A stretch of DNA of 64,000 nucleotides from positions 46,675-110,674 of the forward strand of contig CAWIXE010000001.1 of NCBI GenBank assembly GCA_963840035.1, in the 5' to 3' direction. The notes under the pieces are model-generated. The model ran no database searches. It saw only the letters and a list, made by a program, of their open reading frames with translations, and was not told the DNA's origin. Made by a program: the position numbers and the translations under genes. This stretch comes from a candidate division FCPU426 bacterium. GTDB taxonomy: Bacteria; Oederibacteriota; PGYV01; Palsa-1178. This document shows, one piece after another, positions 37,446 through 45,524 of the stretch. The stretch's first letter is position 1. Each line of letters begins with the position of its first letter.

Positions 37446-37537
37446 TTTTTGCGCCTCCAGAGGAATTGTAATTACAGAAAAATTATAACAAAATTACAGG
37501 CGGTGTTCAATGATTTTTATAGGGACGGCCTTTTGGC

Positions 37538-37876
37538 CTAAAAAGCCTTTACCGCGTTTTCCACATCCTGGTGGTACTGGAAGATGTTCACAAAATCAAG
37601 AAGTTCGAATATTTCAAGCACTTCCCTTTTCATGCTGGCTATTTTTATGTCTCCCTTTGACTTCCTGACCTCGTGCAGGTAGCCCACAAAAAGCCCCCAT
37701 CCGGCGCTGCTTACATAATCAGTCTTCTCAAGGTCTATGACTATCTTATACTCCCCGGCTTTAATGGTGTCTTCTATGGCTGTTTTTAGTATTCCGGAAT
37801 TATCCGAATCAATGAACCCTATGCACTTCAGCACAACTACATCCCCGCGCTTATCCTTGTTAAGTGTTAGAGCCAT
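37538..37876 (-). CDS. STAS domain anti-sigma factor antagonist
   Basis: GFID, IDLEKTDYVSSAGWG. Confidence 0.92.
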   Translation of the reverse strand: MALTLNKDKRGDVVVLKCIGFIDSDNSGILKTAIEDTIKAGEYKIVIDLEKTDYVSSAGWGLFVGYLHEVRKSKGDIKIASMKREVLEIFELLDFVNIFQYHQDVENAVKAF

Positions 37877-37888
37877 AATCCCCCCTTA

Positions 37889-38230
37889 TTAAAATGCCCT
37901 GACAGCCTTTTCCACGTCCCCAAAATATTCAAGTATGTGCGTAAAATCCAGCACCTCATACACCTCAAGCACTTCAGGCTTCATATTCGCGAGCTTAATG
38001 TCGCCTTTATTTTTCATCAGGTTCTTTTTATATCCCACAAATATTCCCCAGCCGGCGCTGCTTATGTAATCAGTCCCCGCAAGGTCTAATATTATCCTGT
38101 ATTTTTTCGCTTTCAGCGCCTCTTCCATGGCAGCCTCGAGGATGGACGAAGTCAGGGTATCTATAAAGCCTTCTGTCTTCATAATACGGACGTTCTGCTT
38201 ATCCTCTATTTTTATCTTCAAATTTTCCAT
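37889..38230 (-). CDS. STAS domain anti-sigma factor antagonist
   Basis: GFID, LDLAGTDYISSAGWG. Confidence 0.92.
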   Translation of the reverse strand: MENLKIKIEDKQNVRIMKTEGFIDTLTSSILEAAMEEALKAKKYRIILDLAGTDYISSAGWGIFVGYKKNLMKNKGDIKLANMKPEVLEVYEVLDFTHILEYFGDVEKAVRAF

Positions 38231-38294
38231 GCAATCTCCCCATATTCTTTTTATCGCCGGCCCGGCAGTATACGCTGCCGTTTATAAAATCGCG

Positions 38295-38738
38295 CTAACG
38301 CCCCAGAATCTTCAGCATATTCACGCCGGTTTCAGCGTCCATTTCCTTCATCGCTTTCATCCCTTTTAGCTCTATAAGCATGGCTTCAATTGTAATGAAT
38401 ATTTTTGTGTCTTTCCTGACACAGCCCGTCATGGTTTTTCCGCCTTTTCCCATGGACGTATGTATGTGAACCTGGGGGCCCTGGGCCCCTGAAAAAACAG
38501 AACCCGTTCCGAATACCTCCCACGCGTCCTTAAAAGAGAGCCATTTCGGGTCCGGAGGAATCACGGGCTTTACCGGACCTGCAACAATTTTTCCTTCCTT
38601 AAGCGCCCCGAGAAAAACAAAAAACGCCGTACTTATCTTTTCTTTTTTCACAAAGTTCAGTATCTCGATGTTAAAATCATCATTATTGTCAAACTTCAGG
38701 GTAAATACCCTTCCTATTTTCCCGGCTGTATATTTCAT
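38295..38738 (-). CDS. PPC/DUF296 domain protein
   Basis: GRVFTLKF, LGAL, E..G.G, HIH motif. Confidence 0.85.
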   Translation of the reverse strand: MKYTAGKIGRVFTLKFDNNDDFNIEILNFVKKEKISTAFFVFLGALKEGKIVAGPVKPVIPPDPKWLSFKDAWEVFGTGSVFSGAQGPQVHIHTSMGKGGKTMTGCVRKDTKIFITIEAMLIELKGMKAMKEMDAETGVNMLKILGR

Positions 38739-38932
38739 TTTTCCTCCGGAGCTGCCTGTACTTTTTTGGGCTGCGTCCTGTTAAGTGTTATTGACATGAC
38801 AAGTATGGCGGCAAGTCCGAAACCCGCGCCTGTGTAAAAAAGGTTTTCCTGCCCCGAGCCCGCGAGTATAAACCCCGCTATGGCCAGCATAAACGACAGG
38901 GCAACGCCGCATATAATTAATATTGTTTTCAT
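38735..38932 (-). CDS. Small 2-TM hypothetical protein
   Basis: Two hydrophobic helices; overlaps the next gene. Confidence 0.65.
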   Translation of the reverse strand: MKTILIICGVALSFMLAIAGFILAGSGQENLFYTGAGFGLAAILVMSITLNRTQPKKVQAAPEEK

Positions 38933-38944
38933 TAAGCGTCCCAA

Positions 38945-39268
38945 TTATCCTTCGACTTCGCCGACGTTCAATTCCCTTGTTAAAAACATGGAGCCGTCGT
39001 CCTGTGCGGACTGTTCCCTTGGATTGATTGATCCTTTAAACCTGATTATCACACCGTCCCTGGAGTTGCTTAACGCTTTTGACAGGTCAGAAAGCAGTTT
39101 TTTTGCCCTGCCGGGGCTTAAGTATATGTTTGGTGTTTCAGGCAGGACCAGAAATGAATTAGGCTTTAAAACGAACATATTGACATCAAGATCTATCACC
39201 TGTCTGTCAATCACCTTATCTTTTGAACCCGCTTTTTTTTCTGCGGTTTTCTTTTTCTTCAGGGCCAT
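38945..39268 (-). CDS. Hypothetical protein
   Basis: AGGAGGG RBS before MALKKK. Confidence 0.7.
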   Translation of the reverse strand: MALKKKKTAEKKAGSKDKVIDRQVIDLDVNMFVLKPNSFLVLPETPNIYLSPGRAKKLLSDLSKALSNSRDGVIIRFKGSINPREQSAQDDGSMFLTRELNVGEVEG

Positions 39269-39354
39269 GACCAACCCTCCTTTACTTTGCTGTTTATTCA
39301 CATCTACATTATACATTAAATCCGGCCATTATAAAAGAAAAACCAATAATATTT

Positions 39355-40626
39355 TCAGGCTTTAGCCTCAATATGACTGTTTTCGTCTTCCTTATAGCGC
39401 TCCCTGATGGCCTTTATTATTTCATAGATCTGAAAGAATGAATCCACAACTTCAGGGTCAAAGTGTTTTCCGGCATTTTCCCTTATATACCCGAGGGTCT
39501 TTTCCTCTTCCCAGGCGTCCTTATAAACCCTTTTCGACATCAACGCGTCATATACATCGGCTAACGCGACTATGCGGCCGGTAATGGGAATCTCTTCCTC
39601 TTTTTTCCCGCCGCCTAAGGTAACCTCTTCGGAGAGCTGAAGGTCCGTCAATTTCCCTGGATATCCGGTGCCGTCCCACTTTTCATGGTGGGAGAGCGCT
39701 ATCTCCGCGGCCATCGCGTCAAGCTCGGACTCCTTGGCTGAAAACAGCCTGTACCCGAGTATGGTATGCATCTTCATTTTATTGAATTCAGCCTCATCAA
39801 GCTTTCCCGGTTTTTTCAGTATCTGGTCAGATATGGCCACCTTGCCCGCGTCATGGAGCATGGCCGCTATCCTTAACTTATCCTTATACCTCCTGATAAA
39901 TTCCGGAGGAAACCCCCTGTTTTCCGCCCATCTGTGGTATATCTCCACGGCGTAAGCTCCCATCCTGTTAACATGCATCCCGGTTTCTTTAGGGTCGCGG
40001 AACTCGACCATCCTTAACATGCGCAGCACCATCTGTCTTGTTGACTTCGCCCTTTCTATGGCCATGGCCGCGTCATTGGCAAAGTATGATATGAAAATTT
40101 TATCCTGCTCGCTGAAGGATGTTACCTTCCCGGAAGCGTTTTTCGCGTTAATAACCTGCATGACGCCTATTACCTTGTTTCTTATTGTTTTTAGCGGAAT
40201 GGAAATTATTGATTTTGTCCTGTATTTGTTAACCGTGTCAAAATCCTTATTAAATGTACAATCGCATTTCGCGTTATTTTTCGGCATCTTATAGACGTCT
40301 TTAAACTCCAGTATCTTTCCCATTTTTACTGTGGCACCGGCTATAGACCCGTCATCTATCGGAATTTCCTTGTTTAAATAATTATAACGCATGGAAGGAT
40401 TTTTGGAAAAAAGGACCTCGTTCTGGGTGTAGTTCATCACGAGTTTGTCTTCATCTACGAGGAAAATGGTGCCGCTTTCAGCCTTTGTAAAACGCCGCAC
40501 TTCAAAAAGCACCTTATCCAGAAGGACATCAATGTCAGCTATGTTATTTATCTCCTCGGATATTTTGAGGATTTCCTTTAGTATTTCCCTGTCGGATTTT
40601 ATTTTTTCCTTCTTTTTTCCGCGCAT
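39355..40626 (-). CDS. GAF + HD-GYP cyclic-dinucleotide phosphodiesterase
   Basis: GAF (IGVMQVINA..FSEQD), RDPKETGMH, LHDAGK, HHEKWDGTGYP, ADVYDAL..R.YK. Confidence 0.93.
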   Translation of the reverse strand: MRGKKKEKIKSDREILKEILKISEEINNIADIDVLLDKVLFEVRRFTKAESGTIFLVDEDKLVMNYTQNEVLFSKNPSMRYNYLNKEIPIDDGSIAGATVKMGKILEFKDVYKMPKNNAKCDCTFNKDFDTVNKYRTKSIISIPLKTIRNKVIGVMQVINAKNASGKVTSFSEQDKIFISYFANDAAMAIERAKSTRQMVLRMLRMVEFRDPKETGMHVNRMGAYAVEIYHRWAENRGFPPEFIRRYKDKLRIAAMLHDAGKVAISDQILKKPGKLDEAEFNKMKMHTILGYRLFSAKESELDAMAAEIALSHHEKWDGTGYPGKLTDLQLSEEVTLGGGKKEEEIPITGRIVALADVYDALMSKRVYKDAWEEEKTLGYIRENAGKHFDPEVVDSFFQIYEIIKAIRERYKEDENSHIEAKA

Positions 40627-40709
40627 GTAGCACCTATAGGATATATTTTTGTACCGATAATAATTATACCATATCTTTTGACCGTTGTCAGGTTTTTTGT
40701 TAGTTTTTG

Positions 40710-41759
40710 TTACAGGCTGATAAATCCGCTTCCAATTACGGCGTTTCCTCTGTAAAACACCGCAAGCTGGCCGGGCGTTACGGCTTCCTGGGCTGTTCCA
40801 AATACCGCAATACCTTTTTTCCCTTCAAGGCGTATTTTAGCGGGCCATCTTTTCTGCATATACCTTATCCTGACATAGGCTGTAAATGACGCCGCTTTAA
40901 CAGGAATAAACATTTTAACATCCTCAAGCTTTATTTCTTTGCTTGCCGCTTCAGACCTGTCGCCTAATATTACCCTCTTTTTTTCGGCGTCTATGGCGAC
41001 GACATAAACAGGTTTGCCCGCTGAAACACCCAGCCCCTTGCGCTGCCCTACAGTGTATTTAAAATACGCTCCGTCCTCAATGTCGCGTATTTTATCCCCT
41101 CCGGAATAATACAGGCTGCCCTTTTCCATGGAACTTATATCAGCGCTGCGGGCTATGAATTCATAAGGGGTTTCCTTATCCCTTAAAAAACATATTTCCT
41201 GGCTCTCGCGTTTTTCCACATAAATTGACTTCTTAATTGCCAGCGCCTTTACCTCTTCTTTGGTCCTGTTTCCCAGCGGGAATTTAACGCGCGGCAGCCA
41301 TTTTTTATCAAGCCTCGCCAGAAAATACTCCTGCGACTTTTTTTTATCCCTGCCCGCGCCGATAAGCAGCGCCCCGTTTTTTTTCACTATCCGCGCGTAA
41401 TGGCCCGTGGCTATATAGTCAAACTTAAGTTCCTTCATTTTTTTTATAAGCGCGGCGAATTTTATGGTGTCGTTGCAGACGACGCACGGGTTAGGGGTTA
41501 AGCCATTAATGTAACCGGAGATGAAAGGGTCCACGACTTTCTTTTTGAATTCTTTCTTGAGGTTCAGCACATAGTGCCTGATGCCGAGCTTAAAGCATGC
41601 CCGCTTCGCGTCCATGATATCGTCATAATTGCAGCAGCGTGAGGCGTCGTCCCAGAGCTTCAATGTAAGGCCGACTACTTCATGGCCCTCATCCTTCAGG
41701 ATGGAGGCGGCAACTGTCGAATCAACGCCGCCTGACATGCCTACGAATATGCGGGACAT
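40710..41759 (-). CDS. mnmA: tRNA-specific 2-thiouridylase
   Basis: GMSGGVDS, TPNPCVVCN, ATGHYA, ESQEICF, YTVGQRKG, TPGQ. Confidence 0.96.
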   Translation of the reverse strand: MSRIFVGMSGGVDSTVAASILKDEGHEVVGLTLKLWDDASRCCNYDDIMDAKRACFKLGIRHYVLNLKKEFKKKVVDPFISGYINGLTPNPCVVCNDTIKFAALIKKMKELKFDYIATGHYARIVKKNGALLIGAGRDKKKSQEYFLARLDKKWLPRVKFPLGNRTKEEVKALAIKKSIYVEKRESQEICFLRDKETPYEFIARSADISSMEKGSLYYSGGDKIRDIEDGAYFKYTVGQRKGLGVSAGKPVYVVAIDAEKKRVILGDRSEAASKEIKLEDVKMFIPVKAASFTAYVRIRYMQKRWPAKIRLEGKKGIAVFGTAQEAVTPGQLAVFYRGNAVIGSGFISL

Positions 41760-41807
41760 AAGCTAAGCACATGGCCCAAAGTAAATAGCCCAAGTAAAAC
41801 AGTTCAC

Positions 41808-42212
41808 TTATCCCTCTTGGGCTTTGGGCCCTGGGATTTGGGCTTTCTTTGCCCTGTAATCCTCTATCGCCTTCTTAATCCCGTCTTCCGCCAGGACAGA
41901 GCAGTGGTGCTTTTCCTTCGGAAGTCCTCCCAAAAGGTCGACTATCCTTTTATTGGAGACTTCAAGCGCCTCTTCCACTGTCTTGCCGATTACCAGTTCC
42001 GTGGCAAGAGAGGATGTGGCAATCGCGGCCACGCACCCGAACGTTTCAAACTTGCAGTCTGTTATGATGTTGTTCTCCACTTTTATATATATCCACATGA
42101 CATCCCCGCATACCGGGTTGCCTACTTTTCCTATTCCGGAGGCATTTTCTATCCTGCCGTTATTTGTCATGTCTTTGAACTGCTTTATCACTTTTTCGCT
42201 ATACTGTTGCAT
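41808..42212 (-). CDS. iscU: Fe-S cluster scaffold IscU/NifU
   Basis: GNPVCGD, FETFGCVAAIA, KHHCSVLA; likely start MQQYSEK. Confidence 0.94.
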   Translation of the reverse strand: MQQYSEKVIKQFKDMTNNGRIENASGIGKVGNPVCGDVMWIYIKVENNIITDCKFETFGCVAAIATSSLATELVIGKTVEEALEVSNKRIVDLLGGLPKEKHHCSVLAEDGIKKAIEDYRAKKAQIPGPKAQEG

Positions 42213-42313
42213 GGGAGAACCTCCAGTATGTTGTGCTATGTGATGTGTGCTAAGTGGTATGTGGAAGGGCAGATCCTTCACTTAGCACATATCACGCGCC
42301 ACTTATCACGCCT

Positions 42314-43222
42314 TTACAGGCTTAGCATCTTCTCTATAGGCTTAATCGCCTTTTTCATTATCTCATCGGAAAGTTTTATCTCGTACTGTTCCTTTGTTAT
42401 GGAGTCGTAAACGTCCTGGATCCTTGTTTTTTTCATGTTCGGGCATATTTTAGCGTTGCCCAGGGAGAAAAATTCCGCGTCCGGCCTTTCCTTTTTCAGC
42501 CTGTGTATGTGCCCCTCTTCGGTCCCCACTATGAACTTCTTATCAGGGCTTTCCTTTACGTATTTTATCATCGCGGCCGTGGATGCCACAAAATCCGCGA
42601 GCTCCAGCACCGACATGTCAGCTTCCGGGTGCGCCATAACTTTCGCGTCCGGGTGCGCCCTTCTGGTTTTTATTACCTCTTCCTTTGTAAAGCGCTGGTG
42701 CACATTGCATCCGCCTTCATGCAGTATTATGTCCTTTTCAGGCACGTGTTTTTTTACCCACGCCCCCAGGTTTGAATCCGGAAGGAAAACCACCTGTTTT
42801 GTCGGCGCTTTCCTTACCATATCCACGGCGTTTGCCGATGTGCAGCATATGTCCAGTGTCGACTTTACTTCCGCGCTGGTGTTTACATAACCCACTATGG
42901 TGGCGTCAGGATATTTTTCCCTGTATGCCAGCGCTTCTTCCATCGTGATGCAGTCAGCCAGAGGGCATCCCGCGTCCCTCCTTGGTATCAGGACTTTTTT
43001 TCCGGGCGAAAGTATCTTCGCCGTCTCGGCCATAAAAAGCACTCCGCAAAAAATTATTATTTTTTCCTTTGCCGCGGCCGCTTTCCTGGAAAGTTCAAGC
43101 GAGTCCCCTGTAAAATCCGCCAGGTCCTGGACCTGCGGTATCTGGTAATTGTGGGCGATTATGAGGGCGTCTTTTTCCACTTTCAGTTTCTTTATTTCTT
43201 CGATCATCTGCGTTTCATTCAT
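42314..43222 (-). CDS. nadA: Quinolinate synthase
   Basis: AHNYQ, GDSLEL, FCGV.FMAETAKIL, AGCPLA, YVNTSA, CTSANA, HPE, CPNMK. Confidence 0.97.
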   Translation of the reverse strand: MNETQMIEEIKKLKVEKDALIIAHNYQIPQVQDLADFTGDSLELSRKAAAAKEKIIIFCGVLFMAETAKILSPGKKVLIPRRDAGCPLADCITMEEALAYREKYPDATIVGYVNTSAEVKSTLDICCTSANAVDMVRKAPTKQVVFLPDSNLGAWVKKHVPEKDIILHEGGCNVHQRFTKEEVIKTRRAHPDAKVMAHPEADMSVLELADFVASTAAMIKYVKESPDKKFIVGTEEGHIHRLKKERPDAEFFSLGNAKICPNMKKTRIQDVYDSITKEQYEIKLSDEIMKKAIKPIEKMLSL

Positions 43223-43319
43223 GTGAACTCCTTTTATTTATTACGTGCTATGTGATATGTGGTAAGCGATATGTGCATTGCCTTACCTTGCCACTTATCA
43301 CATAACACATATCACTTTT

Positions 43320-44498
43320 CTATTTTTTCCGTTCATTCCACATCGGCGACATTTTGCGCAGTTTTTCCACGGCTGGAGGCAGCACTTCAAATACTTTATC
43401 CACATCTTCGTCGGTGGAATACTTTGAAAATGAGAACCTGATGGACCCGTGCGCTGTTTCATGGGGCAGCCCGAGGGCTAAAAGCACATGCGACGGGTCA
43501 AGAGAGCCTGACGCGCATGCCGAGCCTGACGATACGCAGATGCCTTCGAAGTCCATGTGTATGAGCATTGCCTCGCCCTCTATATACTTTACACAAATAT
43601 TGAGGGTGTTGTCCACCCTTTTTTCAGGATGTCCGTTCATTATTATCTCGGGAATCCTCTCAAAGAGCCCTTTTTCAAGCCTGTCGCGGAGCCCCTTAAT
43701 GCGCGCCATGTCATTTTTATCATTTAAATGTTCCCCGGCGATGGTACATGCCTTTGCCATGCCTATTATGCCGGCAACATTCTCAGTACCGGAGCGCTTT
43801 GAGCTTTCCTGGTGTCCGCCCTGGGTGATGGAGTGTATGCGCACGCCTTTTTTCAGGTAAAATATCCCCACGCCTTTGGGGCCGTGGAATTTATGCGCCG
43901 AAAGAGAAAGCATGTCTATGTTCATTTTTTTGACGTCAATTGCCACCTTGCCCGGGACCTGAACCGCGTCAGTGTGGAAGTAAACCTTTGCTTCCCTTGC
44001 GATTGCTCCTATCTCCGCCACCGGCTCTATGGTGCCTATTTCATTATTGGCGAACATTATGGAAATAAGGACCGTGTCCTTCCTTATCGCGTTTTTCAGC
44101 TCCTGTAAATCTATCAGGCCGTATTTATCCACGCCCAGATAAGTGACTTCCCAGCCGTGTTTCTCCATGTATTTGCAGGTCTCAAGTATGGCCGGATGCT
44201 CTATCTTTGAGGTAATGATGTGCTTTCCTTTATCAGTGTTGGCATATGCTATGCCTTTAATGGCCATGTTATCGGATTCCGTTCCGCCGGATGTGAATAT
44301 GATCTCCTTCGGGTCGGCATTCAGAAATTTCGCCGCTTCCTCGCGCGCGGCCTCCACGTCTTTCCTTATCTCCTGCGCGGCTGAATATACGCCGGAGGCG
44401 TTAAAATACTTTTCCGTAAAATAAGGCTCCATGGCCTTTAACACTTCAGGGTCTGTTTTTGTGGTCGCGTTGTTGTCCAGGTAATATAATTTTGCCAT
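43320..44498 (-). CDS. iscS: Cysteine desulfurase IscS/NifS
   Basis: YLDNNATT, FTSGGTESDN, HTDAVQ, SAHKFHGPKG, SSGSACAS; likely start MAKLYY. Confidence 0.96.
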   Translation of the reverse strand: MAKLYYLDNNATTKTDPEVLKAMEPYFTEKYFNASGVYSAAQEIRKDVEAAREEAAKFLNADPKEIIFTSGGTESDNMAIKGIAYANTDKGKHIITSKIEHPAILETCKYMEKHGWEVTYLGVDKYGLIDLQELKNAIRKDTVLISIMFANNEIGTIEPVAEIGAIAREAKVYFHTDAVQVPGKVAIDVKKMNIDMLSLSAHKFHGPKGVGIFYLKKGVRIHSITQGGHQESSKRSGTENVAGIIGMAKACTIAGEHLNDKNDMARIKGLRDRLEKGLFERIPEIIMNGHPEKRVDNTLNICVKYIEGEAMLIHMDFEGICVSSGSACASGSLDPSHVLLALGLPHETAHGSIRFSFSKYSTDEDVDKVFEVLPPAVEKLRKMSPMWNERKK

Positions 44499-44508
44499 GT
44501 CCGTCTCC

Positions 44509-44940
44509 TCACTTTTTTCCCATTGCCATGTGGGTGTCAGATACCTCAAGCAGGGTTGTTTTCTGTAAAAATCCGTTCACGAGCTTATCAAGCCTTACCC
44601 ATACGTTCCTGATGCCGCATTTTTTCGCGTTCCCGCAGTTGTCTATGTCAGCGGCGCATTTCGTGGATGAAGTGCCTTTTTCTACGGCATCAAGTATGTC
44701 AAAAACCGTTATTTCCTCAGGCTTTTTTTCCAGCTTAAAACCGCCTTTTTCGCCCTTTATTGACGCCACTAACCCGGCTTTCCTTAAATTAACGAATATG
44801 TTCTCAAGGTAGCGGTTGGATATATTCTCCTTAACCGATATTTCCTTGATTGATACCGGGGCGTTTCCCCTGGAGTTATATGATACTGCCAGGTGCGTTA
44901 AAGCCCTGAGTGCGTACCTTCCTTTTGTTGATATGTTCAT
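44509..44940 (-). CDS. iscR: Rrf2 family regulator, IscR-like
   Basis: ISTKGRYA, YLENIF, three Cys; heads the iscS operon. Confidence 0.8.
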   Translation of the reverse strand: MNISTKGRYALRALTHLAVSYNSRGNAPVSIKEISVKENISNRYLENIFVNLRKAGLVASIKGEKGGFKLEKKPEEITVFDILDAVEKGTSSTKCAADIDNCGNAKKCGIRNVWVRLDKLVNGFLQKTTLLEVSDTHMAMGKK

Positions 44941-44960
44941 TTATACCTCGCTTTGGTGAT

Positions 44961-45008
44961 ATATCACCTTGTTAGTGATATTGTAGCAAAAATGGTGGGG
45001 TTTGTCAA
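44961..45008 (-). promoter_or_regulatory. isc operon promoter with a palindromic operator
   Basis: TTGACA-N17-TACAAT with ATATCAC-CTTGTTA-GTGATAT. Confidence 0.72.
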
Positions 45009-45171
45009 GTGGGACAAGTATTCATGAGATAAGAGACAGGAGACTGGAGACAAAAGTAAAACGAAAAGCATACCATTTCGCCGAGTTCTTTTCTCCTGTC
45101 TCCTGAACTTATATCTTGACTGTCATCTTATATATGAGATATTACTATTATTAAATTTCAGGAGGTTTGTT

Positions 45172-45462
45172 ATGAAAAAAATTTTCCCGTTATTATCCGT
45201 GTTGCTTTTTATTTCCTGCGTATCCACAGGCCCTTTTAAGCAGGATGTTTCCGGCGGGAGCGCCCTTGTTATCGCATCAGGTGGCGTATCTGAAACCATA
45301 GTCAGCAGACAGGTTGATTTAAATGAGAACTCCATCGTCGCCTCCATCAAAGCCGGTGACATGGTGAAAGTAATCAAAAAAACCGCGGCTGCCGCGCTTG
45401 TGCAGCTTCCTGACGGCAAAACAGGCTGGATGGACATAAAATTCCTGAAGGAAGGAAAATAA
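45172..45462 (+). CDS. Small lipoprotein with SH3-like domain
   Basis: Lipobox FISC; IKAGDMVKV...VQLPDGKTGW; GGAGG RBS. Confidence 0.8.
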   Translation: MKKIFPLLSVLLFISCVSTGPFKQDVSGGSALVIASGGVSETIVSRQVDLNENSIVASIKAGDMVKVIKKTAAAALVQLPDGKTGWMDIKFLKEGK

Positions 45463-45467
45463 AATAT

Positions 45468-45495
45468 AAAGGGGCGGGATTTCTCCCGCCCCTTT
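45468..45495. terminator. Bidirectional terminator between convergent genes
   Basis: AAAGGGGCGGGA-TTTC-TCCCGCCCCTTT. Confidence 0.75.
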
Positions 45496-45524
45496 CCCGG
45501 ACTTTTACCTTTCAGTTTTTGCCT

